Under the pieces are notes generated by a model, which saw nothing but the letters and a program-made list of their open reading frames with translations, was not told the origin of the DNA and searched no databases. From an uncultured Bacteroidales bacterium (GTDB lineage: Bacteria > Bacteroidota > Bacteroidia > Bacteroidales > Marinilabiliaceae): DNA of 64,000 bases. Positions 62,712 to 64,000 of the stretch are shown here, piece after piece (position 1 is the first letter of the stretch; each line of letters opens with the position of its first letter). The translations under genes were made by a program, and so were the position numbers. The stretch spans positions 1 through 64,000 of the forward strand of contig CALYZD010000001.1 in assembly GCA_945607565.1 (NCBI GenBank). The letters run 5' to 3'.

Positions 62712-64000
62712 TTATTCCTCCAACAGTTTTGTGAAACATTCTGTCAGCTCGCTCACCGTGAACGGCTGGCCCTGAACTTTGTTATATTGATTGTAGTGTA
62801 CGTTTTCGACCTGCGAGCGCAGATACGAAGCGAACTGTCCGCTGTTGAGCTCGCAGACCACCACCTTCTTGTATTTGCGGATTATCTCGGCCGTGTTTTT
62901 GGGCAGCGGGCTGATGTAGTTGAAGTGGGCAAGCGCCACCTTCTTCCCGGCCTTGTTCATGGCGCTGACGGCCGACATCAGATGGCCGTAGGTGCCGCCC
63001 CAGCCAATCACCAGCAGGTCGGCGTCGGGGTCGCCCTCGACCGTCTGCATCGGGATGCGTTCGGCCACGGCAGCCACCTTTTCGGCGCGCGTGCGGACCA
63101 TTGTCTCGTGGTTGACCGGCGCAGCCGACAGGCTTCCTTTGACGGCGTCTTTCTCAAGGCCGCCGTTGCGGTGCATGAAGCCCTCGTCGCCCGGCTTGGC
63201 CCAGTAGCGCACCTTGTCGGCCTCGTTGCGCACGCAGGCGTTGAACTTGCCGTCGAACGCCGCGGGCAGGGCCGACGGGGTGATGGGCCTGAGGTCGGCC
63301 AGCTTGGGCAGCTTCCACAGCGACGAGCCGTTGCCCAGAAACGCGTCGCTCAGTATGATGACCGGCGTCATGTGCTCCAAGGCGATGCGGCAGGCCTCGT
63401 AGGCCGTGTCGAAGCAGCCTGACGGGGTGCTCGGAGCCACCACCACCAGCGGGCACTCGCCGTTGCGGCCATAGAGCGCCTGCAGCAGGTCGGTCTGCTC
63501 GGTCTTGGTGGGCAGGCCGGTCGAGGGTCCGCCGCGCATCACGTCGATGACCACAAGCGGCATCTCGGCCATCACTGCCAGGCCGAGGGCCTCCGACTTC
63601 AGGGCTAGTCCGGGGCCCGACGTCGACGTGGCCGCAAGGTCGCCGGCATAGGCCGCGCCGATGGCCGTGCATATTCCCGCAATCTCGTCCTCGGCCTGCA
63701 CCGTCTTGACGCCAAGGTCCTTGCGCAGTGCCAGCTCGTGGAGGATGTCGGTGGCCGGCGTGATGGGGTAGCTGCCAAGGAACAGCTCTTTGCCGGCCTT
63801 CTGTGCGGCGGCAATCAGGCCCCATGCCGTGGCCTTGTTGCCGCTGATGTTGGTGTATTTCCCCTTGGGCGTTTCGGTCGACTTGTCGATGCGGAACGTG
63901 GTGACGGCGGCATCGATGTTCTGGCCGTAGTTGAATCCGTCTACCACCACCTTGACGTTGGCCTTCAGGATGTCAGGCTTCTTCTTGAACTTGTTTTCGA
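62712..64000 (-). CDS. korA: 2-oxoglutarate/2-oxoacid:ferredoxin oxidoreductase alpha subunit, partial (N-terminus beyond window end)
   Basis: Pyruvate:ferredoxin oxidoreductase core domains I/II similarity; frame stays open upstream of the ORF-track Met at 63950 to the window edge (...ENKFKKKPDILKANVKVVVDGFNYGQN). Confidence 0.85.
   Translation of the reverse strand, partial: ENKFKKKPDILKANVKVVVDGFNYGQNIDAAVTTFRIDKSTETPKGKYTNISGNKATAWGLIAAAQKAGKELFLGSYPITPATDILHELALRKDLGVKTVQAEDEIAGICTAIGAAYAGDLAATSTSGPGLALKSEALGLAVMAEMPLVVIDVMRGGPSTGLPTKTEQTDLLQALYGRNGECPLVVVAPSTPSGCFDTAYEACRIALEHMTPVIILSDAFLGNGSSLWKLPKLADLRPITPSALPAAFDGKFNACVRNEADKVRYWAKPGDEGFMHRNGGLEKDAVKGSLSAAPVNHETMVRTRAEKVAAVAERIPMQTVEGDPDADLLVIGWGGTYGHLMSAVSAMNKAGKKVALAHFNYISPLPKNTAEIIRKYKKVVVCELNSGQFASYLRSQVENVHYNQYNKVQGQPFTVSELTECFTKLLEE

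Overview
This window reads as a contiguous core-chromosome segment of a Bacteroidota (Bacteroidales-like) genome. I found no mobile elements, CRISPR arrays, integrases, rRNA or tRNA genes, and no convincing candidate for a novel multi-gene system. Lineage evidence: the translation gene order rpsL-rpsG-fusA-rpsJ...rplQ has no tuf or adk; secY is followed by map-infA-rpmJ-rpsM-rpsK-rpsD-rpoA-rplQ; several genes have Bacteroides-type TAnnTTTG -7 motifs but no Shine-Dalgarno; one protein carries a T9SS C-terminal sorting domain; pssA and a fused Gate-domain protein are present. Gene content, 5' to 3': a partial DASS/SLC13 transporter (minus strand, hand-translated, absent from the ORF track), udk, a PolB-exo-like 3'-5' exonuclease, a gamma-carbonic-anhydrase-like hexapeptide protein, pssA followed by a 890-aa membrane-anchored beta-propeller-like protein, a Crp/Fnr regulator, a Na/Pi cotransporter, a membrane LytTR regulator immediately upstream of znuABC, an esterase, pheS, alaS, an M23 peptidase, an FtsB-like protein, bioD, an OmpH-like coiled-coil protein, an SPFH lipoprotein, groES-groEL, three tandem cyclophilins, lysA-lysC, a Gate-domain membrane protein, the ~18-kb str/S10/spc/alpha ribosomal superoperon (31.8-49.8 kb), a small T9SS-CTD protein, comEC, trkA-trkH, a BspA-like LRR protein, an MsbA-like ABC exporter, purB, an HExxH membrane protein plus an EI24 protein in a very GC-rich stretch, and korB with the 3' part of korA (partial). 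Observations worth a second look, all modest: a marked GC/codon-usage contrast between the ribosomal block (~48-50% GC) and its flanks (~60-68% GC); a LytTR one-component regulator abutting znuABC; perfect long hairpins or palindromes in the fusA-rpsJ, rpsD-leader and ABC/LRR spacers; a zinc-ligand-degenerate L36; and a large uncharacterised protein translationally coupled to pssA. Overall this is an ordinary housekeeping region.
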